In this document: piece after piece, positions 1-9,636 of the stretch
How the letters are laid out: each line of letters starts with the position of its first letter
Numbering within the stretch: the first letter of the stretch is position 1
Origin: Chlamydiota bacterium
Lineage (GTDB): Bacteria; Chlamydiota; Chlamydiia; Chlamydiales; RGXB01
Reading direction: 5' to 3'
Assembly: GCA_947494155.1 (NCBI GenBank)
Contig: CANLTW010000001.1
Span: forward strand, 1 to 64,000
Length of the DNA stretch: 64,000 nucleotides
Notes under the pieces: model-generated
The model's input: only the letters and a program-made list of their open reading frames with translations
The model's database searches: none
What the model was told of the DNA's origin: nothing
Program-made: the position numbers and the translations under genes

Positions 1-358
1 AAATAATTTTAAAAAAGTTTTGACTAGAGCATACTCGAGAAGTTGTTACACTTACTCTTAGTAAGCTCTACACAACATTCTCGCCGCTCGTCACTTCATT
101 ATTACTGTCACAGAACTTTGCAGCTATTTCGCTGCTATTCTTCGTCTTACACTCATCGTGTTCGTTGAAGATGTACAAAACAATAGCACCAGGTAAGATT
201 ATTACGCAACGAATTGTTTTTTCTTTTTTTCTTACCTAAACTTAACTTATTGAAAAACAACAAGTTATGTCGTGTTTTTTCTTTTTTTCTTTTTTCTTTT
301 TTTTGTTTTTTCTCGTTGAATTCGTGTGCTTTATATCTTTAAATACACTTGCACACAA
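1..358 (-). promoter_or_regulatory. Probable rRNA operon tandem promoters and leader (16S would begin just beyond the window's left edge)
   Basis: Minus strand: P1 TTGTGT(358-353)-17-TATAAA(335-330); P2 TTGCGT(209-204)-18-TATTGT(185-180) with a TGn extension and upstream A-tracts. These are followed by a boxB-like hairpin GCAGC-GAAATA-GCTGC (135-120), a boxA-like GTTCTGTGACA (116-106) and further stems, with no ORF. Confidence 0.55.
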
Positions 359-400
359 CTCTTCGAGCCTGTTATTTCTAAAGCTTTTTTAAATTTTTTT

Positions 401-1705
401 TTAACACAAGTTAAAATTTTCGTTACTCTGTTCAAGTTGCAACAGGTTTGGAGCAGCAATCATATTGGAAGCTTGCCCTCTGGGTGTGTTGAACCCCACG
501 CTCCTTGGAGCGACTGAACTAAAACTGGAATGCGTGCTGTATCCCGTTCCATACTGCAATTGCGCTGTGAGGCTAAAATATTGATTCTCATGGGGTGCAA
601 CCTGCTGCTGCTCTGGATTTTCGCCTGCTCTAATTGCATCTGGAACTATCCCCATTGCATCTGGAACTATTCCCACTTCTACCACAGTAGCGTCTATTTG
701 CTCTTGAGGTTCATTAGATAGATTACTGTGTAATCCTACTCCTGCCGCTTCCTCAAGAGGGATCACTTGGCAAGAAGACCAGTCTCCATCTACAGAGGCT
801 TCGCTATCTATAGAAAATCTGCTTCGATTCCAAGCATCGAATGTCTTTTTCAAAGCCCTTTTTTCTATCTGAAAATGGAGAAGACCAACGGAACCCGCTT
901 CATGAAAAATTTTTTTCTCTAGGAGATCGTTTAACCTTTTTTTAACCCCTTTAGCGACGCTCCTTGGAACTATTCCCATTCCCTCATCCTTTAATGCCCT
1001 AACAGATTTTTTTAATTGGCACCTTAGAGCCACTGGATCAATTTCTTCCACTGACAGGGTAATTGCCTTTAAGAAATCAATTATAGCAGTCGCCTCATAG
1101 ATTTTGTCGCACCTGTACTTAAGGTCTAGCAATCGGGCTTTTTTTAAAGCTTTTTCATTAATTTTTTTGTTACGGTAATCGGTTGCCGCGCTTAACACTT
1201 TCGATAGAACAACAAATCCGCCCGTCACAGCCCAGTGGCTTGTTAATCTTGAGGATTCCTGCTCCTTCTCCTGGGACTTGGTCGCCTCAATAAAAATCAT
1301 CGCCAATGCAACAGACGCTGAGGCATAGTCAACGAATCTATAGCCCCAGCTTTTGAGGTCATTAATTTTAAAGTAGGTATTTAGAAAGTAACGCTCTTCT
1401 TTTCTGATATCATCCCCATATATCTCACGCACTTTTGTTTGGACCCACTCCAACTTCCTTCTTCCGTTTTCCAAATTACAAATGGGAAACGTTAAAAGGT
1501 CTTTGATTTGTTGGGGTTGTATAGTTTGATCCTTGAAAATTTCCCCTAAAGAAACAACAGTATTTCTTAAAATGGAAACATATTTATCACACTTATTTTG
1601 AAGACCCTCAATACTATCGTCATACATCTCCTCCAGCGGGGTAATGTCCTGAGAATTAGTAGCTGGGGGTTGGGCACAGGGGGATGGTGTTGAAAACACT
1701 GACAT
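401..1705 (-). CDS. Hypothetical protein with paired hydrophobic segments (Inc-like/effector candidate)
   Basis: 434-aa ORF; S/P/T-rich N-terminus; two hydrophobic stretches (ASASVALAMIFI, WAVTGGFVVLSKVLSAA); low-complexity C-terminus. Confidence 0.7.
   Translation of the reverse strand: MSVFSTPSPCAQPPATNSQDITPLEEMYDDSIEGLQNKCDKYVSILRNTVVSLGEIFKDQTIQPQQIKDLLTFPICNLENGRRKLEWVQTKVREIYGDDIRKEERYFLNTYFKINDLKSWGYRFVDYASASVALAMIFIEATKSQEKEQESSRLTSHWAVTGGFVVLSKVLSAATDYRNKKINEKALKKARLLDLKYRCDKIYEATAIIDFLKAITLSVEEIDPVALRCQLKKSVRALKDEGMGIVPRSVAKGVKKRLNDLLEKKIFHEAGSVGLLHFQIEKRALKKTFDAWNRSRFSIDSEASVDGDWSSCQVIPLEEAAGVGLHSNLSNEPQEQIDATVVEVGIVPDAMGIVPDAIRAGENPEQQQVAPHENQYFSLTAQLQYGTGYSTHSSFSSVAPRSVGFNTPRGQASNMIAAPNLLQLEQSNENFNLC
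633..674. repeat. 2 x 21-bp in-frame tandem repeat (GIVPDAM/GIVPDAI)
   Basis: attgcatctggaactatcccc followed by attgcatctggaactattccc, one mismatch. Confidence 0.9.
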
Positions 1706-1896
1706 ACATACCTTTAATTTTTTTAATAAACATAAACAATTTCTTTAAACATAAGCTTAGGTAATTTTTATTTTCAATCATTTCTAAAAAGACTCTTGCC
1801 ACGAAATTTCCCCGAAACTTTTTACCGGTTTGGGTGTACAAAAATTTGCCTCCCCTTTTAAAATCTATCCAGTAAAACAGATGAGACGAACTCCAT

Positions 1897-3303
1897 ATGG
1901 GAAATACCCTTTCTTTCACCAGCTTAGGCTGCTCCAGAAACCTTGTAGATACTGAGGTGATGCTAGCTCTGCTTTTAAAAAACGGGTATGAAGTCTCCGC
2001 TAATCCGGACTTGGCCGATTTTCACATCATCAACACCTGTGGCTTTTTAGAAGCGGCCCGACAAGAGGCGGTTGATACGGTTAGCCGAACACTCAAAGTC
2101 ATGAAGCCCGGTGCTAAAATTATTGTTGCTGGGTGCATGGTAAGTATCCAAAAAAACAAGTTGGCTGAGCTTTTTCCCGAAATTCACTATTTTCTTGGTT
2201 CGGCAGACATAGACCAGATTCTTACCGCAGTTAGATCTTTTGAAAAAGGGGAGATCGTTTCTACAGCAAAAAGTTTTTTACAAAACGGTGAGGTACCGAG
2301 ACTTACCTCTACCCCAAAACACTACGCGTATCTGAAAATTGCAGAGGGGTGTCGAAAAAACTGTGCTTTCTGCATCATCCCAAAGATCAAAGGCCCCCTT
2401 CGCTCAAAGTCGTTAGAGCAGATTGATAAAGAATTTCATGCCCTCCTGCATCAGGGGGTAAAAGAGATTATCTTGATTGCCCAGGACCTTGGGGATTTTG
2501 GTAAGGACAGACGCGAAAACCAGGCGCTCCACTCCCTACTGAAACACCTGCTTCAAAAACAGGGGCAATTCTGGATAAGACTTCTTTACCTATATCCCGA
2601 TGAAATTGACGATGAGCTCATCGAGATTATCCAAAACGATGCTAGGGTGCTCCCCTACCTTGATATGCCCATCCAACATATCAACGACCGTCTACTCAAG
2701 CTCATGTTTAGAAAAACCTCTAAAGAGGATATCCTTACCACCATACACAAACTTCGAGAAAAAATTCCCCACATAGTCATCCGCACCTCTTTAATGGTAG
2801 GCTTTCCCTCCGAGACAGAGAGTGAATTTCAAGAGCTAGTCGATTTTGTAGAAAAGACCAAGCTGGATAATGTGGGTGTTTTTTCCTACTCTCGTGAGGA
2901 GCTCTCCTACTCGCACCAGCTCGAGGGGCACATGGACGAAGCAACCAAACAATCACGCTGGGATCGATTGATGCAAGTGCAACAAAAAGCGACAAGAAAA
3001 CGATTCAAAACCTATGTTGGAAAAACTCTCACAGTCCTAGTAGACGGGGTTCATCCTGAGGTCGACCACCTTTTTGTTGGACGATTCTATGGCCAATGCC
3101 CAGAAATCGACGGCTGTGTGATCATTAATGGGGGTTTTGAGCATGTGGGTGTAGGGGATTTTGTCGAAGTACAAATCACCGACTCTTTAGACTACGATCT
3201 TGTAGGGCAGGCCTTAAGAAACCTAAGTCAAAAGAAGGTAGCAAACAATCCCCCCAACATATCCCAAAAAAGCGGGGAGAGACGCTCTCTTCAGATACTC
3301 TAG
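1897..3303 (+). CDS. rimO: Ribosomal protein S12 methylthiotransferase
   Basis: SLGCSRNLVDTE, INTCGF, radical-SAM CxxxCxxC (GCRKNCAFC), C-terminal TRAM domain (GQCPEIDG). Confidence 0.95.
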   Translation: MGNTLSFTSLGCSRNLVDTEVMLALLLKNGYEVSANPDLADFHIINTCGFLEAARQEAVDTVSRTLKVMKPGAKIIVAGCMVSIQKNKLAELFPEIHYFLGSADIDQILTAVRSFEKGEIVSTAKSFLQNGEVPRLTSTPKHYAYLKIAEGCRKNCAFCIIPKIKGPLRSKSLEQIDKEFHALLHQGVKEIILIAQDLGDFGKDRRENQALHSLLKHLLQKQGQFWIRLLYLYPDEIDDELIEIIQNDARVLPYLDMPIQHINDRLLKLMFRKTSKEDILTTIHKLREKIPHIVIRTSLMVGFPSETESEFQELVDFVEKTKLDNVGVFSYSREELSYSHQLEGHMDEATKQSRWDRLMQVQQKATRKRFKTYVGKTLTVLVDGVHPEVDHLFVGRFYGQCPEIDGCVIINGGFEHVGVGDFVEVQITDSLDYDLVGQALRNLSQKKVANNPPNISQKSGERRSLQIL

Positions 3304-4473
3304 GAAATCGATTTTTTCTATTCCCATCAATGCAACTCCGGCAGCTGATCCTATGAGGAAAATGCTGCCTCCCGTTCCTGCAGTAAATGCTGTCAGAAGC
3401 CAAAAAGGGTGATCTATCGGCACATTGTACATCCCCATAACCGCTGCAACAATCGGAACGTTGTCTATAACGGCAGATGCCAAACCGATAGCTGTCGCAA
3501 CAGCAGTATAACCCCCTAGGTTTACTGAGAGGAAATCGGCTAACAGATCCAAAATTCCTGCAGCATTTAGCGCACCTACGCTCAAAAGAATCCCGAGAAA
3601 AAACAAAATACCCGACGCGTCGATTTTTGTAAGTGCATAGGCAATTCTCAAATGATCTCTATCTTTATAGGGTGTGTGGAATAGATCTGTTAGAATCCAA
3701 ACAATCGCAAGGCCAAGGAGCACCCCCATAAATGGAGGCAATCCGGTTAAGGCTTTCCAAACAGGAACAGAACACAAACTAACGAGGCCAATAATTAATA
3801 TAATCAATGATCTTGGCTCTCTTGGTTTTGTCTCATGAACGAGCTTAGGAAAGCTCCCCTTTTCATATAAAAGATAGATCCCAAGAGGAATGGCTAAAGC
3901 AACAAGGCTTGGGAAAAATAGGGTGGAAATGACCCTCCAGGAGGAGATCTTTTCGTTGATCCACAACATAGTTGTGGTGACATCGCCAATCGGAGTCCAA
4001 GCACCCCCTGCATTGGCGGCCATGACAGCTAAACAAAGCGGAACTAATCTCTCTTTTTTCTCCGGGATCAATTTGCGCATGATGGAGATCATCAAAATCA
4101 TCGTTGTGAGGTTATCTAAAATTGCAGAGAGAAAAAAGGTTATGCAAGACGACAGTATTAATAATAGCGGTTTAGACCTTGTTCTTAAAAACCTTTGGAC
4201 TACCTCGAAACCCCTATGAGCATCAATGACCTCCACCAGAGTCATTGCCCCTAGCAAAAAAAAGATGATTTGAGAAATGTCGGATAAAAATTCAAGAAGT
4301 TGTCCGTAGGTTTTTGCATAGGGACTGAACATAAATAAGATAAGCCAGGAGACAGCAGCGATACATATGGCTGTAGCGGCCTTGTCAATCTTAGTAGCTA
4401 TTTCATAAATGATCAGGATGTATCCGACAATAAAAACTGTCAAAATAAGACCTGCCGGATCGAATAGAACCAT
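3223..4473 (-). CDS. nhaD: Na+/H+ antiporter, NhaD family
   Basis: FFLLGAMTLVEVIDAHRGF, LDNLTT, ANAGGAWTPIGDVTT, IDNVP, IGSAAGVALMG motifs. Confidence 0.9.
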   Translation of the reverse strand: MVLFDPAGLILTVFIVGYILIIYEIATKIDKAATAICIAAVSWLILFMFSPYAKTYGQLLEFLSDISQIIFFLLGAMTLVEVIDAHRGFEVVQRFLRTRSKPLLLILSSCITFFLSAILDNLTTMILMISIMRKLIPEKKERLVPLCLAVMAANAGGAWTPIGDVTTTMLWINEKISSWRVISTLFFPSLVALAIPLGIYLLYEKGSFPKLVHETKPREPRSLIILIIGLVSLCSVPVWKALTGLPPFMGVLLGLAIVWILTDLFHTPYKDRDHLRIAYALTKIDASGILFFLGILLSVGALNAAGILDLLADFLSVNLGGYTAVATAIGLASAVIDNVPIVAAVMGMYNVPIDHPFWLLTAFTAGTGGSIFLIGSAAGVALMGIEKIDFLEYLKRASLPAFLGYVGGIVCYLLLT

Positions 4474-4491
4474 ACACTACCCCTAAATATT

Positions 4492-5472
4492 TTATACGCA
4501 ATTCTCCTGCGGAACACTTTTTTGAAAAGCATCCTCTACAACATCGTGTAAATGGATAAGCCCCACCAAACACCCGTTGTCAATTACAGGGAGCATCTGC
4601 ACCCTTTTATCAGGGTTTTGCATCAAATTCAAGGCCGTATCTACACGATCTTGTGCATCAATAGTAGAAACATCGATCGTCATTAGCTTATCGATGGGGG
4701 TTTCAAACAGGTTTTCTTCATTTTGCACCAGGCATCGATTCAGGTCCCCGGTTGTGAAAATACCTACCAATTCCCCTTTTTTATCCACTACCAAAACACA
4801 TCCTAATCTTTTTTTGGATAGAATCAAAAGGGCTTTTTTAAGATGCATTTCAGGAGTGACTATCGGTAAATTATCCAGTTTGACCATTACATCCACAACT
4901 CTTCGGCTCCTTGTCCCGATAAATCCGCTGGGATGGTTGTCTGCATACTGATCCAAAGAAAACTTTTTTTTCCGCATTAGAGCTATGGCTAGGGTATCTC
5001 CATAACACATCTGCAAAAACGGAGAGGTTGTGGGGGAAAGATTATAGGGGCATAACTCCCTTTTTAAGGGTAATAGACAAGTAAGATCCATAAACTTTTC
5101 TAAAAGGGAGTCCCTTTTACAAACCCATAAAACCTGATAAATGGAGCGTGCATAAAATATTTTTGCCAAATCCACAAGCTCCTTGCTATAGCCGCTTTTG
5201 GACAAAAAAACCACAATATCGTCTTGAGATATGATCCCTAAATCCCCATGAAGAGCCTCAACCGGATGGAGATAAAGGGCTTTTGTCCCTGTGGAGATAA
5301 AAGTGGAAGCGAGTTTTTTTGCAATCTGCCCCGATTTACCCACCCCTGTGAAAATCAGATTCCCTGAAAGATAGTGGAGTTTTTCAAGCAAAATATTTGC
5401 CGTGTTGACATCTATTTCCTCAAAAAAGAATTGGATGTACTCTTTTTGTTGGTTTAAAAGTTCTTGAAACAT
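4492..5472 (-). CDS. kdsD: Arabinose-5-phosphate isomerase KdsD/KpsF (SIS + CBS domains)
   Basis: TGVGKSG, EALHGDLG, PTTS, NHPSG motifs; C-terminal CBS pair. Confidence 0.92.
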   Translation of the reverse strand: MFQELLNQQKEYIQFFFEEIDVNTANILLEKLHYLSGNLIFTGVGKSGQIAKKLASTFISTGTKALYLHPVEALHGDLGIISQDDIVVFLSKSGYSKELVDLAKIFYARSIYQVLWVCKRDSLLEKFMDLTCLLPLKRELCPYNLSPTTSPFLQMCYGDTLAIALMRKKKFSLDQYADNHPSGFIGTRSRRVVDVMVKLDNLPIVTPEMHLKKALLILSKKRLGCVLVVDKKGELVGIFTTGDLNRCLVQNEENLFETPIDKLMTIDVSTIDAQDRVDTALNLMQNPDKRVQMLPVIDNGCLVGLIHLHDVVEDAFQKSVPQENCV

Positions 5473-5483
5473 GAATCCTTCCC

Positions 5484-6689
5484 TTATGAGAGCGCAAGTT
5501 TTTTAGAGTATTCAACAACCTCTTGTTCTTTTTTAGCAACATATACAGCAGCCACGGCATCTCCCAAAACATTCACAACGGTGGAGAACATCTCTCTCAA
5601 GCGATCCACACCAGCAACTAGTAAAATCCCCTCTAACGGAAGACCTACAGCATTCAAAATTATAGACATCATCATAATAGATGCACCGGGAATTCCGGCA
5701 GCTCCAACAGCAGATAAAAAAGTGGAGAGGATCAAAAGCAATAAGGAGGAGAAGGGCAAATCTATCCCGTAGGCTTGGGCTATAAAAAGAGCGCAGCTTA
5801 TTTGCCCGATTGCCGCCCCATTCATATTGATTGTGGATCCAATCGAAAGCACAAACCCTGCTATCTCCTTAGGGACTCCTAAATTTGTGCGAACACACTC
5901 TAGAGAGATCGGCAAAGTTGCGGAACTACTGCAAGTAGAGAGGGCATAGATCACAGCGTCCTTCATCCCTTTGTAAAATTTAATAATCGATAGATTCGCT
6001 AAAAAATAGACTGCAAAAGAGTAGACAATACAGAGCTGAAGCCCTAAAGCGATATAATTACAGCATAGATAGAAAAAGAGTTTCTGCAAAAGCTCTAGAC
6101 CCATTTGACCAATAGAAGAGGCCATCAGGGCAAAGACACCAATAGGTGCCAATCGCATTACAATTTGGGTAAGACGGATCATAACCTCCATCAAAGATTC
6201 AAAAAATTTAAGGACCGGCTCCCCTTTCTCTTTGCAACTCAAAAGCGCGCATGCAAAAAATGTTGCAAAAACAATCACCTGTAAAATATTTCCTGAAGAG
6301 AGGGATGCAAAAGGGTTTGAGGGGAAAAGGGCAAAAATTTGGTCCATCATCGAAGCTGTTATTTGAGCTGTTTTTTTCGGATAGATCATCCCCAGCCCCT
6401 CTCCGGGTCGAATCCAGAAACTCACCAAGAGAGAATTCAATATAGCTATCATCGTGGTACTAAGGAAAAAAAGTAACGATCTTAACCCAATTCTTTTTAG
6501 TTTCGCAGGGCAAGAGATATGGCAGATTCCCGTAATAATTGACGATAAAACAATCAATCCTACGCTCATCTTGAGTAAATCGATAAAAACTTGTCCAATC
6601 CTCTCCAAAATCGGATAACTTTTACCTGTATACAGGCCAAAAACTGAGCCTAAAAAAAGGGCTATGACGACTTTAATCCAAGGCTTCAT
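5484..6689 (-). CDS. gltT: Dicarboxylate/amino acid:cation symporter (GltP/GltT family)
   Basis: STCSSSATLP, TINMNG, GAAGIPG, VDRLREM motifs. Confidence 0.88.
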   Translation of the reverse strand: MKPWIKVVIALFLGSVFGLYTGKSYPILERIGQVFIDLLKMSVGLIVLSSIITGICHISCPAKLKRIGLRSLLFFLSTTMIAILNSLLVSFWIRPGEGLGMIYPKKTAQITASMMDQIFALFPSNPFASLSSGNILQVIVFATFFACALLSCKEKGEPVLKFFESLMEVMIRLTQIVMRLAPIGVFALMASSIGQMGLELLQKLFFYLCCNYIALGLQLCIVYSFAVYFLANLSIIKFYKGMKDAVIYALSTCSSSATLPISLECVRTNLGVPKEIAGFVLSIGSTINMNGAAIGQISCALFIAQAYGIDLPFSSLLLLILSTFLSAVGAAGIPGASIMMMSIILNAVGLPLEGILLVAGVDRLREMFSTVVNVLGDAVAAVYVAKKEQEVVEYSKKLALS

Positions 6690-7659
6690 TGATTCTCCCG
6701 ATTAAGTTTAAGAAATTCTCATTATCATATGCGACTCTCGTCTCAATTTTGGCCTGCAACACCTCCTCAAAATAGGGGTATTTTACCGCATCTTTTTCAG
6801 TCATTACCAAAAAAGCATTCAGTTTTTGGGCACGTTGCAAAAGACTTTCCAACTCCTGAAAAGACAACATCCCATGATCCTCCAAAAGAAAATGGTCGAT
6901 TACCTCTACCCCTTGCTCATGGACAATCTTTTCAAAACGGTGCGGTCGCGAAATTCCAGATACAAGAAATGCTTTTTTGACGTTTTCGACACGATGCCCA
7001 TCCATTGTGAAAAAACCTAAAAAAGTTGGTTTTGTTCCTAAAAAGAGGGGTTTTTGGAAACTTTTTAAAGAAGATTTTGCCTTAAGGTACTCTATCTGAG
7101 TCTCCATTTCGTGTAAAACAATGTAGTCGACCTCTTCAAGCACTTGGGGGATGTCTCTTAAAGAACCTCTAGGCAAAAGGTTCCAACCCTTCTCCAGCTG
7201 CTCTTGACTCAAGACTGCAATTTTCACATCTTTTTTTAAACGAAGATGTTGCAGCCCATCGTCCATAATAATGATCTTGGCCCCTTTTTCCAGACACTCA
7301 TTAGCCCCTTTAACTCTATTTTTTTCCACAACACAGTTTTCAAAAAAAAGGGGTTCATCTAGGGCTTTGTACCCACGAGTGAGGACAAAAGCCTCTTTGG
7401 GCAAATACTGTAGAATGAGTCTCACAAACGGAGTTTTTCCGGAGCCCCCCACAAAAATACTCCCCACACAAATTACGGGAAGTTCCGCTTTATAGGAGGA
7501 AAAAAGACCTTTTTTATAAAAAAAATGGCGCAGTTTTAAAAAAGTGCCGAATAAAAAACTTATAGGCGTTAAAAGAAAGGAGATCTTTTCTCTTAGCACT
7601 TTATCTCGCAAAAGGGTTTCAAAAGTTAAGAGGGCGTTGCGCTTAAGCATGGGGAACAA
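6673..7659 (-). CDS. lpxK: Tetraacyldisaccharide 4'-kinase
   Basis: VICVGSIFVGGSGKTP, MDDGLQH, LLPRGSLRD, MTEKDAVK. Confidence 0.92.
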   Translation of the reverse strand: MFPMLKRNALLTFETLLRDKVLREKISFLLTPISFLFGTFLKLRHFFYKKGLFSSYKAELPVICVGSIFVGGSGKTPFVRLILQYLPKEAFVLTRGYKALDEPLFFENCVVEKNRVKGANECLEKGAKIIIMDDGLQHLRLKKDVKIAVLSQEQLEKGWNLLPRGSLRDIPQVLEEVDYIVLHEMETQIEYLKAKSSLKSFQKPLFLGTKPTFLGFFTMDGHRVENVKKAFLVSGISRPHRFEKIVHEQGVEVIDHFLLEDHGMLSFQELESLLQRAQKLNAFLVMTEKDAVKYPYFEEVLQAKIETRVAYDNENFLNLIGRINEALD

Positions 7660-8228
7660 ATCATGGTTTCAACAACTTCAATTGCAATGTGGATAGCACT
7701 CATGTGTGCCTCTTGAATCCTATCGGAGAAGCCAAATCCGGGAACAATCCACTCCAAATCACAAACACCCTTCAATTTGCCCCCCTCTTTTCCTAAAAAG
7801 GCAACCGTCTTCATCCCCTGTTTTTTTGCCGATTCCACCGCTTGAATCAAATTATTCGAATTTCCACTAGTGGTTAAAACAACTAAAAGATCCCCCTCTT
7901 TCCCTAACCCATCTACTGCACGAGAAAAAACAAAATCAAAACCTATATCATTTGCAACACAGCTCATATGGGCAGGATGGGAAAGACTGATTGCTGCAAT
8001 GGCAGGGCGTGATCTTTGACGAAAAAAACCGGTTAACTCCTCAGCGAAATGGTCCGCATCGCATAGACTTCCCCCATTTCCTGCGATAAGAACTTTTTTG
8101 TCTTTCTCGTAACACTCATAAAGCCAGTTAGCCAAAAGTTTTATAAACTCAAGACTCTCTTTTTTTTCTAAATGGTGTTGAATCGCTATCGCCTCTTTGA
8201 CTGAGTTTTGGATCAGTTCTTCCAACAT
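7626..8228 (-). CDS. gmhA: D-sedoheptulose-7-phosphate isomerase
   Basis: AGNGGSLCDADHFAEEL, ANDIGFDFVFSR, TTSGNS, DRIQEAH. Confidence 0.92.
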   Translation of the reverse strand: MLEELIQNSVKEAIAIQHHLEKKESLEFIKLLANWLYECYEKDKKVLIAGNGGSLCDADHFAEELTGFFRQRSRPAIAAISLSHPAHMSCVANDIGFDFVFSRAVDGLGKEGDLLVVLTTSGNSNNLIQAVESAKKQGMKTVAFLGKEGGKLKGVCDLEWIVPGFGFSDRIQEAHMSAIHIAIEVVETMICSPCLSATPS

Positions 8229-8243
8229 AAGATGTCAACTCCC

Positions 8244-8846
8244 CTAAATAAAAGGACAATGAACTGCAATTATGCACAAAGTCCCCTTTATGGGATGAAT
8301 AAATTCCATTTTGGAATGAAATAGAGCGATCTCTTGGGGTGGAGTCCCCTTTCTATAGAGATTATCCCCTACAACATAGTGCCCTCTTGAGGCAGCTTGC
8401 ACTCGAATCTGGTGATAACGGCCCGTTACCAGATCTATTTTCAATAGTGTCCTATTTTCTTTGTTAGCCACAGTCTCGTAGTGTAAAAGCGCCTCTTTAC
8501 CTAATGAATCTAAATAGGCTTTTTTCTCCCCTTTGGAAATATGGTCTTCCCAACTCCCCTGGGGCGGGGTAACAATTCCCTCAACTAGGGCATAATAGGT
8601 TTTTTTTACTTTTCGCTCGCGCATCAACTTATGCATACGAACAAGCCCTTTTTCGGTTTTGGCAAAAAGGACGATTCCCGAGGCAGGGCGATCCAGGCGG
8701 TGAGTAGCTTTTAAATAGACATTGGAGGGCTTTTGATCGCGCAGTTTGATGAATGCTTTAACCTCATCCTCAAAATGGGGCTCCGTAGAGATTTTGGACG
8801 GCTTTACAATAGCGATAAAATGGTTGTCTTCATATACGATTTGCAT
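8244..8846 (-). CDS. RluA-family pseudouridine synthase
   Basis: HRLDRPASG, TGRYHQIRVQ, GDNLY. Confidence 0.9.
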   Translation of the reverse strand: MQIVYEDNHFIAIVKPSKISTEPHFEDEVKAFIKLRDQKPSNVYLKATHRLDRPASGIVLFAKTEKGLVRMHKLMRERKVKKTYYALVEGIVTPPQGSWEDHISKGEKKAYLDSLGKEALLHYETVANKENRTLLKIDLVTGRYHQIRVQAASRGHYVVGDNLYRKGTPPQEIALFHSKMEFIHPIKGTLCIIAVHCPFI

Positions 8847-9636
8847 GGCGCCTTTGTCGAACTACCTCATACATCATGACGCTAGCAGCATTCGATACAT
8901 TTAAAGAATCCATTTTCCCAAGCATCGGCATTTTGACTTTGAGAGTTGCCCTTTCCATCCAAAGTTCTGTTAAGCCAAGCTGCTCAGTACCTAAAATAAT
9001 TGCCACCCCTTTTTTAAGGTCTACCTCATCATAGAAAATATCCGTGTGTGGGGTGGTGGCAAGAAGCTCAAGTTGATGACTTTTTAAAAGCTGTAGCGCC
9101 TCAATAGAATCCATTTGAAACATCGGCACGAGGAAGAAAGCGCCCACGCTGGAGCGGATTACATTAGGATTATGGATATCCGTTTTAGGATCACACACAA
9201 TCAATGCATCGACTCCGGTTGCATCACAAGAGCGCAAAATAGAGCCCAGATTTCCCGGCTTTTCTATAGATTCCACTACAACAATAAACGGGGCTTTTTT
9301 GGAGAGAATTTTTTTTAATTCTCCTGTATCTTTGGACTCTTGGTTTGCAATCGCAATCAAACCGTCCGGCCTATCCCTATAGGACATTTTCCGAAATGGC
9401 TCTTCAGCGCACTCAATTTTTTCGGCTTCAAATTCCTTAAGAAGGGAGAGCTCATTTTGACCCAAAAAAAGCTCGGGGCAAAAAAAGATTTTCTTGATCG
9501 ATGCACCAGCGGATTTAGCATGAAGGAGCTCTCTATATCCCTCAATGATATACTCTTTATGGCGATCTCTATCTCTTTTATCTTTAAGGTGTACTAGATG
9601 TTTGATTTGCTCGTTTTTAACACTCAAGATCTTCAT
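8830..9636 (-). CDS. TrmH/SpoU-family RNA methyltransferase
   Basis: EKPGNLGSILRS, GTEQLGL, DSLNVSNA SPOUT motifs. Confidence 0.92.
   Translation of the reverse strand: MKILSVKNEQIKHLVHLKDKRDRDRHKEYIIEGYRELLHAKSAGASIKKIFFCPELFLGQNELSLLKEFEAEKIECAEEPFRKMSYRDRPDGLIAIANQESKDTGELKKILSKKAPFIVVVESIEKPGNLGSILRSCDATGVDALIVCDPKTDIHNPNVIRSSVGAFFLVPMFQMDSIEALQLLKSHQLELLATTPHTDIFYDEVDLKKGVAIILGTEQLGLTELWMERATLKVKMPMLGKMDSLNVSNAASVMMYEVVRQRRHANRI

Noticed and set aside
243..267. Imperfect palindrome TAACTTATTG-AAAAA-CAACAAGTTA between the two edge promoters
   Set aside because: Single copy in an AT-rich region; I cannot assign a regulator or show that it is a repeat family.
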